Below are positions 9,676 to 17,872 of a stretch of 32,000 nt of DNA, in pieces. The DNA comes from Candidatus Saccharimonadota bacterium (GTDB taxonomy: Bacteria > Patescibacteriota > Saccharimonadia > Saccharimonadales > Saccharimonadaceae). Each line of letters begins with the position of its first letter. Within the stretch, counting starts at the first letter, position 1. The notes beneath the pieces are model-generated. The model was not told the DNA's origin, did no database searches, and saw nothing but the letters and a program-made list of their open reading frames with translations. The stretch is taken from NCBI GenBank assembly GCA_023898645.1, contig CP060232.1, positions 120,001 through 152,000 of the forward strand, written 5' to 3'. Both the position numbers and the translations under genes were made by a program.

Positions 9676-9705
9676 TTGACATACTTTTCATACTTTTGCT
9701 AATCT
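9676..9705 (+). promoter_or_regulatory. Promoter of the AbrB-like/MFS unit, with a triple ATACTT direct repeat
   Basis: TTGACA (9676-9681), 18-nt spacer, TGcTAATCT extended -10 (TAATCT 9700-9705). ATACTT recurs at 9672, 9681 and 9690 with 9-nt spacing. Confidence 0.55.
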
Positions 9706-9728
9706 TGCTTGGAAAGGCAAGACTCTTT

Positions 9729-9974
9729 ATGCACCCAAGCAACAAGAAACTATATGGCACGGCAACAATTGGCAGTAAAGGCCAAGTCGTCATACCAGCT
9801 GAGGCTCGCGAAGAGTTGAATTTGCGACCAGGTGACCGACTTTATGTCGTGAGTGCCGGTGCGGGTGGCGTCGTTTTCCTGAAAGAGGAAATGTTGGAAA
9901 ACATCGTCGACCAAATGTCGCAACAGGTAGAGGGTTTCCGCGAGTACAAGAAGTACGGACGTAAAGAAAAATAA
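9729..9974 (+). CDS. AbrB/MazE/SpoVT-family small DNA-binding protein
   Basis: GTATIGSKGQVVIPAEAREELNLRPGDRLYVV is the looped-hinge-helix signature. I prefer the ATG at 9729 because the tracked start at 9696 falls inside the promoter. Confidence 0.75.
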   Translation: MHPSNKKLYGTATIGSKGQVVIPAEAREELNLRPGDRLYVVSAGAGGVVFLKEEMLENIVDQMSQQVEGFREYKKYGRKEK

Positions 9975-9997
9975 CAAAACGGTAAAGTGGAGAACGT

Positions 9998-11695
9998 ATG
10001 CACCATCATTTAGAGCTGCGCACAAAAGTGATCATTATGCTGTCTGTCATGGCCAGCATGTTTTTGGTAGCGCTAGACCAAACAATCATTTCGACGGCGC
10101 TTGGCAAGATCGTCGAAGAATTTAACGCGTTTGATTCACTTAGTTGGATCGTGACGGCATATCTACTGACAACGACCATAACGGTTCCGATCGCTGGTAA
10201 AATGTCTGACTTGTTCGGTCGTCGGACTGTGCTGCTAATAGGTGTGGCTGTATTTGCCACCGGGTCGCTAATGTCAGGTATGGCAGGTAGTGTCGAGCAG
10301 CTCGTTGTGTGGCGAGCGTTCCAGGGTATCGGCGGCGGTATCATTACTGCGAATGCCTTTACTATCATCGGCGACTTGTTTGCAGCTCGCGAGCGTGGCC
10401 GATGGCAGGGTATGATTGGCGCGGTATTTGGTTTGTCGTCACTTGTAGGGCCGCTGCTTGGAGGTTGGTTAACTGATCCGCACAATATACTTGGTCTGAC
10501 GACTAACTGGCGCTGGACACTGTGGATAAATGTACCGATAGGTATTGCGGCGTTCGCCATTATCGCAATCTTTTGTCCGCCATTGAAGCGCGACAAGAAG
10601 CCAGTCGTTGATTATGCCGGAGCGGCCCTGTTGACTATTGCCTTGGGTACATTAGTACTTGCAGTTGATAACACGGATCAGATATTTAAGGGTCTGCTGG
10701 ACAATACGAGCCTAACTCTCGTTAGTCTGCGTGTAATCATGTACTCTATCGTTGCCGTTTCTGTAGCTGCATTTGTGATGGTTGAGCGACGAGCGAAAGA
10801 GCCGATTCTTCCGCTTCGATTCTTCCGTAATCGTAATTACGTGTTAATTATGGGTATCGCTACATTGTTTGGCGCAGGATTCTTGGGATCGATCCTGTAC
10901 CTTACACAGTTTAATCAGCAGGTATTTGGCGCTTCGGCAACACAATCTGGTTTGATGTTGTTGCCAATGGTAGTTGGACTTATGATTACGGCTATCACGT
11001 CGGGTCAGCTTATATCACGAACTGGTAAATACAAGATATTTATGCAGGCCGGTATCGTATTAGCAACGGTGATGGTGGCTATGTTGACAACACTGACGCC
11101 AGATACCAAGTATGTCTACGAAGGGTTCCTGATGCTTCTGCTGGGTGCCGGACTTGGTGTTGTGATGCCAGTCATGAGCCTTGCGGTTCAAAACGAATTT
11201 GAGCAACACGACCTTGGTGTCGCGACAAGCTCTAGTCAATTGTTCCGTAGTCTTGGATCAACAATCGGAATTGCGATCTTTGGCGCATTACTGACCGCAG
11301 GATTAACGAACAGCCTTATTGGTATTCAGGATGACGCTTACCTTCAGGCTCTCAAGAAGAATCCAGAGGCAAGTAAGATTGGTAACTTTAATGACTCTAA
11401 TACACTTCTGACACTTAATATGCCTGATCTGAAAAACAAGATTACAGACGGCTTTAACGCGGGAATAAATAGTCAACCAAACTTGCCAGCACCAGTTAAG
11501 CAACAGGCGACAGAGAACTTTAAAAAAGAGCAGGCAGCGTATAGCGACAAGATCATAACTGCCTTTAGTGACAGTTTGCGCCGGCTATTCTTGGTATCGG
11601 CATTGTTAATGTTCGTCGCCACAATCCTAGTATTTATGATAAAGGAAAAGGAACTCAAGGCAGCTTCTCCCGATCAAGCACCAGGCGTTGCGTAG
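9998..11695 (+). CDS. MFS transporter, DHA2/EmrB-like (14-TM drug:H+ antiporter type)
   Basis: LDQTIISTALGKI and GKMSDLFGRR (motif A-like). 14 hydrophobic segments, with a hydrophilic insert before the last TM. Confidence 0.85.
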   Translation: MHHHLELRTKVIIMLSVMASMFLVALDQTIISTALGKIVEEFNAFDSLSWIVTAYLLTTTITVPIAGKMSDLFGRRTVLLIGVAVFATGSLMSGMAGSVEQLVVWRAFQGIGGGIITANAFTIIGDLFAARERGRWQGMIGAVFGLSSLVGPLLGGWLTDPHNILGLTTNWRWTLWINVPIGIAAFAIIAIFCPPLKRDKKPVVDYAGAALLTIALGTLVLAVDNTDQIFKGLLDNTSLTLVSLRVIMYSIVAVSVAAFVMVERRAKEPILPLRFFRNRNYVLIMGIATLFGAGFLGSILYLTQFNQQVFGASATQSGLMLLPMVVGLMITAITSGQLISRTGKYKIFMQAGIVLATVMVAMLTTLTPDTKYVYEGFLMLLLGAGLGVVMPVMSLAVQNEFEQHDLGVATSSSQLFRSLGSTIGIAIFGALLTAGLTNSLIGIQDDAYLQALKKNPEASKIGNFNDSNTLLTLNMPDLKNKITDGFNAGINSQPNLPAPVKQQATENFKKEQAAYSDKIITAFSDSLRRLFLVSALLMFVATILVFMIKEKELKAASPDQAPGVA

Positions 11696-11714
11696 TAGAA
11701 CAAATGAATAGCTT

Positions 11715-11747
11715 AAAAACCTCTCCGTGCAAAATGGGGAGGTTTTT
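11715..11747 (+). terminator. Rho-independent terminator after the MFS gene
   Basis: aaaaacctctcc / ggggaggttttt stem with a 9-nt loop and a T-run. Confidence 0.8.
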
Positions 11748-11818
11748 AAATTGAAATTAACGCTTGCGCTTTAAACAGATTGATTGCGTAGCCATAAGCA
11801 TGACCCCTGTTAATTGTA

Positions 11819-11847
11819 TTGACACGAAAGCCTCCAACTGCTAAGAT
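11819..11847 (+). promoter_or_regulatory. Orphan sigma70-like promoter with no annotated gene downstream
   Basis: TTGACA (11819-11824), 17-nt spacer, TAAGAT (11842-11847). It faces a ~350-nt ORF-poor, hairpin-rich stretch that ends at the 12168-12198 terminator. Confidence 0.5.
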
Positions 11848-12167
11848 TGTCTATGTGTTTCGCGCCAAAAACGAACAATAGTAATTAAAGGTCGAGAGTG
11901 GCGCGAAGATAAGTGTGTTAGAAAGTAAGGGAGTAAATAAACCTCATGCCAATAGCCATCAAGTTTGTCGCCAGTCGGCGCAAGCAGATAGCAGTGGATG
12001 TGGTGCCTGCCGAATGGCAACTGTATATCGCTCATTAAAAAGGAAGGGCATACCCTTCCAATCATCTATCGAAGTGAATTCGACAGATGATTTCCATCCC
12101 CTGAAGGCCATGCCAGGCATGGCTGCTCTAAGCAAAGACTGCTGAGAGACGAGGGCTAAAGTAGAAT

Positions 12168-12198
12168 AAAAACCGCTCCAAGGCACCGGAGCGGTTTT
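12168..12198. terminator. Bidirectional terminator (dsbA-like gene on the minus strand; orphan unit on the plus strand)
   Basis: aaaaccgctcc / ggagcggtttt stem with an 8-nt loop. A-run and T-run on opposite sides. Confidence 0.8.
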
Positions 12199-12216
12199 CA
12201 TTTGATACGAGAACGG

Positions 12217-12903
12217 TTACTTGAGAGCTTCGTCGATAGCCTTCTTTAGTTCGCTACCGTTACCATTTATGATACTTGAAGCGACCTTGTCGGAAACGGT
12301 GGTGCCGTTTAAGACAAATGTTGGTGTACCGGATACCTTTGCTTTGTTGCCGAGTGCCATGTCAAAAGTGATTTTCTTGTTGACGTTGTTTGCGCCCATG
12401 TCTGATTTGAATTTGTCGATGTTTGCTATGCCGAGCTGTTTGGCATAGTTGACGAAAAAGCCGGTTCGCTTGTCAATGGAAGCGCTCGACCAGTCATTTT
12501 GAGTCTCATATAATTTATCGTGCATTTCCCAGTACTTGCCCTGAAGTCCGGCTGCTTCGGCCGCTGCGGCTGCCGCCCTAGCATTCGGGTGCATAGTCGC
12601 AAGCGGGTAGTTGCGGAACACGAAGGTGATCTTCGATGCGTACTCAGAAGTAACTGATTTTACTTGCGGGAAGGCCTGTCCACAGTATGGGCATTCGAAG
12701 TCGCCGTATTCGACGAGAAGGACTTTGCCGTCTTTTTTGTCGAGTACGTGATCGGCGATATTGCCATTCGACGCGCTCGCAGACTGTATTTTGTTTTGGT
12801 CGATCTTGTCGACGTTGATTTTGTCTTTTTGCGATACAAAAATAAGCCCACCTAGGACCGCAACGCAAATGACAGTAAATATGATCCAAGTTTTTTTACT
12901 CAC
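12217..12903 (-). CDS. Membrane-anchored DsbA-family thiol:disulfide oxidoreductase
   Basis: N-terminal TM helix and thioredoxin-fold CPYC active site (FECPYCGQAFP). GTG start preceded by GGAGGA. Confidence 0.85.
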   Translation of the reverse strand: MSKKTWIIFTVICVAVLGGLIFVSQKDKINVDKIDQNKIQSASASNGNIADHVLDKKDGKVLLVEYGDFECPYCGQAFPQVKSVTSEYASKITFVFRNYPLATMHPNARAAAAAAEAAGLQGKYWEMHDKLYETQNDWSSASIDKRTGFFVNYAKQLGIANIDKFKSDMGANNVNKKITFDMALGNKAKVSGTPTFVLNGTTVSDKVASSIINGNGSELKKAIDEALK

Positions 12904-12963
12904 GAGATTCCTCCACTGGCTCAGGGCCGATTAACTCTCTCCATTATATAGTATAGTTAACGT

Positions 12964-13872
12964 ATGACAACGCTTTCGCTAATATTATGGTTCATCGTGC
13001 TGGTCTTGATGCTGGTGGTGCTTTCTATTCGGCCACAGCGTACGCGACATAGTTGGTCGGAACTCAACCGACGGGGTGATAAATCGACGATACGGCGCGA
13101 ACGACTACTAGGCGACGTCATGGCTCTAAGACGAGTGACTGTGGGGCTGCTTCTTGTTTGTCTGCTACTACTAGGTATGGCCATGTGGCAGGTGATGGGC
13201 ATTGTAGTCGTTGTTGGTGCATGGTTAGTAGCCGGTGCTGCTGCGAGATTGCAGCTATTGCATTCATTGGCTATGAAGCTTTACGCGCTACTGGAGCCGC
13301 AATTGCTAATGTTTGTTGAAAAGGTGCCGCTACTAGGTCAGCTATTTCGCGTCGACAAGTACGTGCCGCATGACCAGAGGCTAGAGTCGGTTGAGCACCT
13401 ACTCCAATTAGTAGATAGTTCAGGGCACGTCCTGACAGATGATCAGCGCGATATGGTTCGGCGGGGCGTCAATTGGCATACGACGGCAGTCGGATCAATC
13501 ATGGTTTCGGTAAAAGACATTATGAGCGTTAAGTACAATGAACTGCTTGGTCCGCTTGTGCTCGATGATTTGCATCGTAGCGGGCACAATCGATTCCCGG
13601 TGTTTCGCGGGTCAATCGACAACATTATAGGCATACTTGATATTACTGACCTTCTGGAAGTAAGCGCTACAAAACGATCGGAAACTGCTGAACAGACCAT
13701 GTCATCTGATGTACTGAGAATTGAGTTTGACGAACCGCTACCTGCAGCTATGGCGTTGCTGCAAAAGAGCCATCGGCACATGCTGATCGTGGTAGATGAG
13801 GGCGGACGGACGGCCGGATTGGTGACTCTCGCGGACATCGCAGGTTCGTTACTTGGCAAAAACAGAGGCTAG
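12964..13872 (+). CDS. CNNM/CorC-type membrane protein (TM region + CBS pair, no CorC_HlyC C-terminal domain)
   Basis: N-terminal hydrophobic helices, then a CBS pair (IMVSVKDIMSV...HNRFPVFRGSIDNIIGILDITDLL...HRHMLIVVDEGGRTAGLVTLADI). TATAGT lies 6 nt upstream of the ATG. Confidence 0.75.
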   Translation: MTTLSLILWFIVLVLMLVVLSIRPQRTRHSWSELNRRGDKSTIRRERLLGDVMALRRVTVGLLLVCLLLLGMAMWQVMGIVVVVGAWLVAGAAARLQLLHSLAMKLYALLEPQLLMFVEKVPLLGQLFRVDKYVPHDQRLESVEHLLQLVDSSGHVLTDDQRDMVRRGVNWHTTAVGSIMVSVKDIMSVKYNELLGPLVLDDLHRSGHNRFPVFRGSIDNIIGILDITDLLEVSATKRSETAEQTMSSDVLRIEFDEPLPAAMALLQKSHRHMLIVVDEGGRTAGLVTLADIAGSLLGKNRG

Positions 13873-14036
13873 AGCCTGTCAAAGAACTCAGTATTCTACC
13901 TATAAACCGTGTATTTTCGGTCGGATAACAGCCTGTAGTTTCGCGAGGTAGCTACGGCTACCTCTTGTCGCTTCAGGCTATTCCCAACTCGAAAATATAC
14001 AGTTTCGGTGACATAAGAGTTCTTAGATAGGCTCTA
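13870..14036 (+). repeat. Long (~167 nt) imperfect inverted repeat / extended hairpin with a C(UACG)G apex
   Basis: Complementary blocks are 13870-13877/14029-14036, 13882-13889/14017-14024, 13904-13919/13990-14005 (1 mismatch, 1 G-U), 13930-13935/13974-13979 and 13945-13952/13957-13964. The apical loop is tacg. Confidence 0.65.
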
Positions 14037-14056
14037 AAATGTTAAAATAACAAGAT

Positions 14057-15823
14057 ATGACACGAACACTATCTACTGATACGACAGGAAAAATTGGAGA
14101 AAACATAGAAGTAAGCGGTTGGGTTAATAGTCGCCGCGATCACGGCGGGCTTATTTTTGTTGATCTTCGTGACCATACTGGCATTGTTCAGCTAGTCATA
14201 AATCCTGAAAGTTCAGAGGCATTTTCTCTGGCCGAAACCATTCGCGACGAGTACGTTGTTACGGCGCGTGGCATCGTAAAGGAACGCGACGATAGTCTGA
14301 AGAATCCCCATATTTCCACCGGCGGAATCGAGATTGTGGTAAATGAGTTACGGCTGTTGAATAAATCAGAACCGCTACCTGTCAATGTGCATGACGACGG
14401 TCAGCAGTCTGGTGAGGAATTGCGACTGAAGTATCGCTTCTTGGACTTGCGAAGGCCAAAGATGCAGAATCTTCTGAAAGAGCGCGCGGAATATTACAAG
14501 GCCCTTCGTTCGTATATGGATGAAAACGATTTTACGGAAGTAACAACGCCGATTCTAGCAAACTCTAGCCCGGAAGGTGCCCGTGATTTTCTGGTACCAT
14601 CACGAGTGCATCCTGGTAAATTTTACGCTCTACCGCAGGCTCCACAGCAATTTAAGCAATTACTGATGGTCGGCGGCGTGTCTCGCTACTACCAAATTGC
14701 GACATGTTTCCGCGACGAAGATCCACGAGCGGATCGTTTGTACGGAGATTTTTATCAGCTCGATCTTGAAATGGCATTTGTAGAAGATGGCAACGGAGTA
14801 CGATCGACTATGGAACCGCTCATTACGCGACTAGTGACGGATTTTGCTAAAAAGGAATTTGTAAATGCTGAACCAGACGGCACCGTGAAGCGTCTGTCGT
14901 ACCAGGACTCAATCGAGACGTATGGCTCAGACAAGCCAGACCTGCGTTTTGATATGAAGCTTGTTGAGCTAAACGACGCGTTAGCGAATACCGAGTTTGG
15001 CGTATTTAAGAATGCCGAGGTGGTCAAGGCGATTTGCGTTAAGGGTGGAGCACAGCTAAGCCGTTCGCAAATCGATGGTTTTACCGAAATTGCCAAGTCT
15101 GAAGGTGCTGGCGGTTTGGCGTATATTACATACGAAAACGGCGAAGCAAAATCGCCAATCGCGAAGTTTTTGACTGGAGATGAATTGGCTGCTATCAAGG
15201 ATCGGACCGGTGCTGACGACGGCGATGCCGTGTTCTTTGGTGCCGATACTCGCAAGACAGTTAACAAAGTACTTGGTCGTTTGCGTAGCGAATTCGCTGA
15301 TCATTTTGGCCTGAAGGATCCAAATAAAGTAGCACTTGCATGGATTGTTGATTTTCCGTTTTATGAGCGTGATGAAAAAACGGGCAAGTTAGACTTTGGT
15401 CACAATCCGTTTAGTATGCCAAAGGGCGGACTAGAAGCTATCCGCGGCGACGACAAAGAATCAATTCTTGCCGATCAGTACGACATGGTCATGAACGGCT
15501 ACGAAATTTGCTCCGGTGCCGTGCGTAACTATGCACCCGATGTTATGTATGAAGCATTTGCTGCTGTCGGTTATGAAAAAGGTCATGTCGATGATCGTTT
15601 TGGTGCGATGATCAACGCGTTTAAATACGGTGCGCCGCCGCACGCAGGTTGCGCGTTCGGTATCGACCGTATCTTTATGGTGCTTATGGGTGAAGAAAAC
15701 ATACGCGAAGTAGTGGCATTTCCAAAGAATGGCTCGGGCGTAGATGCCATGATGGACTCACCAAGTGTGGTTGACGCTGCGCAACTTCAAGAGTTGTCCA
15801 TATCGGTGAATGAAAACGAGTAG
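14057..15823 (+). CDS. aspS: Aspartate--tRNA ligase (bacterial type)
   Basis: 588 aa. OB-fold N-terminus, class II motifs FRDEDPRADR and GCAFGIDRIFMVL, and the bacterial insertion domain. Confidence 0.95.
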   Translation: MTRTLSTDTTGKIGENIEVSGWVNSRRDHGGLIFVDLRDHTGIVQLVINPESSEAFSLAETIRDEYVVTARGIVKERDDSLKNPHISTGGIEIVVNELRLLNKSEPLPVNVHDDGQQSGEELRLKYRFLDLRRPKMQNLLKERAEYYKALRSYMDENDFTEVTTPILANSSPEGARDFLVPSRVHPGKFYALPQAPQQFKQLLMVGGVSRYYQIATCFRDEDPRADRLYGDFYQLDLEMAFVEDGNGVRSTMEPLITRLVTDFAKKEFVNAEPDGTVKRLSYQDSIETYGSDKPDLRFDMKLVELNDALANTEFGVFKNAEVVKAICVKGGAQLSRSQIDGFTEIAKSEGAGGLAYITYENGEAKSPIAKFLTGDELAAIKDRTGADDGDAVFFGADTRKTVNKVLGRLRSEFADHFGLKDPNKVALAWIVDFPFYERDEKTGKLDFGHNPFSMPKGGLEAIRGDDKESILADQYDMVMNGYEICSGAVRNYAPDVMYEAFAAVGYEKGHVDDRFGAMINAFKYGAPPHAGCAFGIDRIFMVLMGEENIREVVAFPKNGSGVDAMMDSPSVVDAAQLQELSISVNENE

Positions 15824-15894
15824 TTGTTATACTAACAACGTATGATGTTTAGTTAACAACACAATAGAAGTCTAATAAACGCTATAATAGAAGT

Positions 15895-16116
15895 ATGACT
15901 GACAGTACAGCTATCATCATTCTTCTGACCACGGCCGTTATATTGCTGTCGGTAATCGTAGTCGTGTTTCTCGGTGTCGTAACATTGTTGCTGTTTCGAG
16001 TTAATCGAATCATCAAGCACGTTGAAAGTGTCAGCAAAAATGTTGCAGAGGCTTCGGCGTGGTTTACGCCAGGCAAATTATTCAGTACGGTATTGGATTT
16101 ATTTAATCGCGATTAA
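15895..16116 (+). CDS. Small membrane protein (DUF948-like)
   Basis: 73 aa with one long N-terminal TM helix followed by an amphipathic tail. TATAAT (15883-15888) lies 6 nt upstream of the ATG. Sits upstream of a YtxH-like gene, the pairing seen in Firmicutes ytxG/ytxH. Confidence 0.6.
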   Translation: MTDSTAIIILLTTAVILLSVIVVVFLGVVTLLLFRVNRIIKHVESVSKNVAEASAWFTPGKLFSTVLDLFNRD

Positions 16117-16133
16117 CTCTAAGGAGGTACGAT

Positions 16134-16511
16134 ATGTCAAAACTATTTAAACTAACTATTGCGTCGATTGCTGGTTTTGCAGCTGGTATTTTGCTTGCAC
16201 CAAAAAGCGGTAAAGAAACGCGAGCAGACTTGAAAAAGAAGGCCGACGAGGCAAAGAAAAAGGCCGCTCAAAAGGCAGACATGCTGAAAGATGCTGCTGA
16301 TGAGAGCAAAGATACGCTTAAACATGGTGCAGACAGCGCTAGTAAAGAAGCTGTTGAATTTGGTCGTAGTGCCAAAGCTACTGCAGAGCGTATAGCCGCA
16401 GAGGCTGCCGAGTTAGGTGGTGAGGCTCGCACTCGAGCTCGTCGTGTAGCTGAAGAAGCAAAGAAGACTGCGTCGACCATACAAAAGGACGCCAAAGAAC
16501 ACTTACGATAA
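16134..16511 (+). CDS. YtxH-like (general-stress/LEA-like) membrane-anchored protein
   Basis: N-terminus AGFAAGILLAPKSGKETRADLKKKA is the YtxH signature. Lys/Ala/Glu-rich helical tail. AAGGAGG RBS. Confidence 0.75.
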   Translation: MSKLFKLTIASIAGFAAGILLAPKSGKETRADLKKKADEAKKKAAQKADMLKDAADESKDTLKHGADSASKEAVEFGRSAKATAERIAAEAAELGGEARTRARRVAEEAKKTASTIQKDAKEHLR

Positions 16512-16528
16512 ACCGATACATACTGGAT

Positions 16529-16556
16529 AAGAGCGTCCAAGTAATTGGGCGCTCTT
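16529..16556 (+). terminator. Possible terminator after the ytxH-like gene
   Basis: aagagcgtcc / gggcgctctt stem of ~10 bp including G-U. The T-tract downstream is weak. Confidence 0.45.
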
Positions 16557-16565
16557 GCGTTAGGA

Positions 16566-16594
16566 TTGACAAAAACCACGACAAGTATTAAAAT
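16566..16594 (+). promoter_or_regulatory. Sigma70-like promoter
   Basis: TTGACA (16566-16571), 17-nt spacer, TAAAAT (16589-16594). Confidence 0.55.
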
Positions 16595-16649
16595 AGGCGA
16601 CAATCCAGACGCAACACTGCGTTGGAAGAACCGAGAGGATGTGAGTAAC

Positions 16650-17123
16650 ATGAGTCAGTCGACTCTGGACCGTGATCTTCAATCAGGGACGAGTAACAAG
16701 ACGTATGAAACCGTGGTGATTGACGACCAGATCGTAGACCTCAAAGCAAATCAAACCGTTGAGTTTGCAGTTGATGACGAAACGACGATTTGTGTCGTCA
16801 CCCGCACGGGTAAGAGGGGCGACCCTCGAATCTTCGAACGTCTTCCGCTTCATGGTGACCTGCAGCAATATGTCGTCGTGCCGGCACGCGTCGTTTTAAC
16901 GAACGGCAAGCCGTATCATGGTGACAGATACACAGCAGTTGGCTATTGCGAGCGACTTCGAAAGCTGATTTTCCTTCACGATGCAATCGACAAATGGAGC
17001 ACCAGAGAGATTGTGTCATGGGCGGTGTACCGTTCCGACGGTCCATCAAAACAACACGATCTGGGCATCAAAGAGATTCGTGTTGTTCCGCTCGAAAGCA
17101 AGGAATCAAGTGTCTCTAGCTGA
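16650..17123 (+). CDS. Hypothetical protein (157 aa)
   Basis: I prefer the ATG at 16650, which has GAGAGGA upstream. The tracked start at 16545 would overlap the terminator and promoter. No recognisable motif. Confidence 0.6.
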   Translation: MSQSTLDRDLQSGTSNKTYETVVIDDQIVDLKANQTVEFAVDDETTICVVTRTGKRGDPRIFERLPLHGDLQQYVVVPARVVLTNGKPYHGDRYTAVGYCERLRKLIFLHDAIDKWSTREIVSWAVYRSDGPSKQHDLGIKEIRVVPLESKESSVSS

Positions 17124-17129
17124 CGACAA

Positions 17130-17163
17130 GTCCCCGTAATGGCAAATCTGTCATTACGGGGAC
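17130..17163. terminator. 12-bp hairpin between convergent genes
   Basis: gtccccgtaatg (17130-17141) pairs with cattacggggac (17152-17163). 10-nt loop. Confidence 0.6.
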
Positions 17164-17239
17164 CTCAACTCTTCCTCTCGGTTCTATATAATTCTTTATA
17201 AACCAGCTTGACTGGTTATTCATTTGGCCGACGAACCGG

Positions 17240-17872
17240 TTATGCTTCAAGAGGCTTAGTGTCGATACGCTCGTATGTGGTGTCAATATTTTTAGCAATC
17301 ATTGAAACCATACGGTCAACCATAGCCTTGCCGATGTCGGACAAGATTGCATCGTGGGTCGGAAAGGCTCGTTGCGGCTTAACGGTCTGTAGGAACTCGA
17401 ATGTTTCGCTAATTTTTAGCCACGGCGCGGCTACGGGTAGGGCAAGTATTTCGACGGGCTTGTTCGGAACAGTGAATGAATCGCCTGGGTAATATAGTCG
17501 TTCATTAATCATGACGCCAAGATTTGCAAACGTTGGCCAGCTTTCGGCAATAATCGCGTGTTTGCCGCCAACGAATTCGAGAGTAAAGTTATCCATTGTA
17601 AGTTTGTCGCCTGCGTTTACTATTTTGGTTTTGAACTCAGTAAGTTTGGCCGCGACATCTGGGTGGGCCATGACGATAGTTTCGGGGTTCTTGTCGAATA
17701 TTTGTTGCAAGTGCGCCGCAGTCATGTGATCGGCGTGTTCATGTGTAATGACGATACCGATAACATTGTCAGGAATCACAAGATCTGAACTATATTCGCC
17801 GGGATCAACGATTAATGATTTATTGTCATTTTCTACGACAAAACAAGCGTGTCCGAATTTGGTAATTTTCAT
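17240..17872 (-). CDS. MBL-fold metallo-hydrolase
   Basis: HxHxDH motif (ITHEHADH). 210 aa. GAGGAGG RBS. The ATG overlaps the msrA stop (TAATG). Confidence 0.85.
   Translation of the reverse strand: MKITKFGHACFVVENDNKSLIVDPGEYSSDLVIPDNVIGIVITHEHADHMTAAHLQQIFDKNPETIVMAHPDVAAKLTEFKTKIVNAGDKLTMDNFTLEFVGGKHAIIAESWPTFANLGVMINERLYYPGDSFTVPNKPVEILALPVAAPWLKISETFEFLQTVKPQRAFPTHDAILSDIGKAMVDRMVSMIAKNIDTTYERIDTKPLEA

Noticed and set aside
10006-10596. 196-aa minus-strand ORF inside the MFS gene. The same type occurs at 14755-15267 in aspS, 13443-13859 in the CBS gene, 20437-20859 in trmB, 467-1038 in the first kinase, and 7031-8287 in pstC/pstA.
   Set aside because: These are antisense shadows of well-supported genes. 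They have odd Ser/Arg/Cys-rich composition, no start-site signals and no motifs.
9729-11695. Type II toxin-antitoxin pair (MazE/AbrB-like antitoxin)
   Set aside because: The downstream gene is a 14-TM MFS transporter, not a MazF/PIN/other toxin. A transcription-factor role fits better.
11748-12216. RNase P RNA, tmRNA or SRP RNA in the MFS/dsbA intergenic region
   Set aside because: The size (~350 nt) fits. On neither strand did I find GGAAAGTCC or ACAGAA-CCGGCTTA (RNase P), a GGGG...tRNA-like TTCGA..CCACCA end (tmRNA), or the GGAA-tetraloop/AGCAGC helix-8 motif (SRP). It stays an unclassified candidate.
13870-14056. T-box riboswitch upstream of aspS
   Set aside because: The location upstream of an aaRS gene suggested it. 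However, there is no T-box consensus (no GGGUGGNACCGCG-like element) and no terminator/antiterminator alternative. The structure is a single symmetric long hairpin, and the likely aspS promoter lies at its 3' edge.
15821-15840. 7-bp AT-rich hairpin (gttgtta-tac-taacaac) as the aspS terminator
   Set aside because: The stem is short and AT-rich with a 3-nt loop and no U-tract. It is too weak to call.
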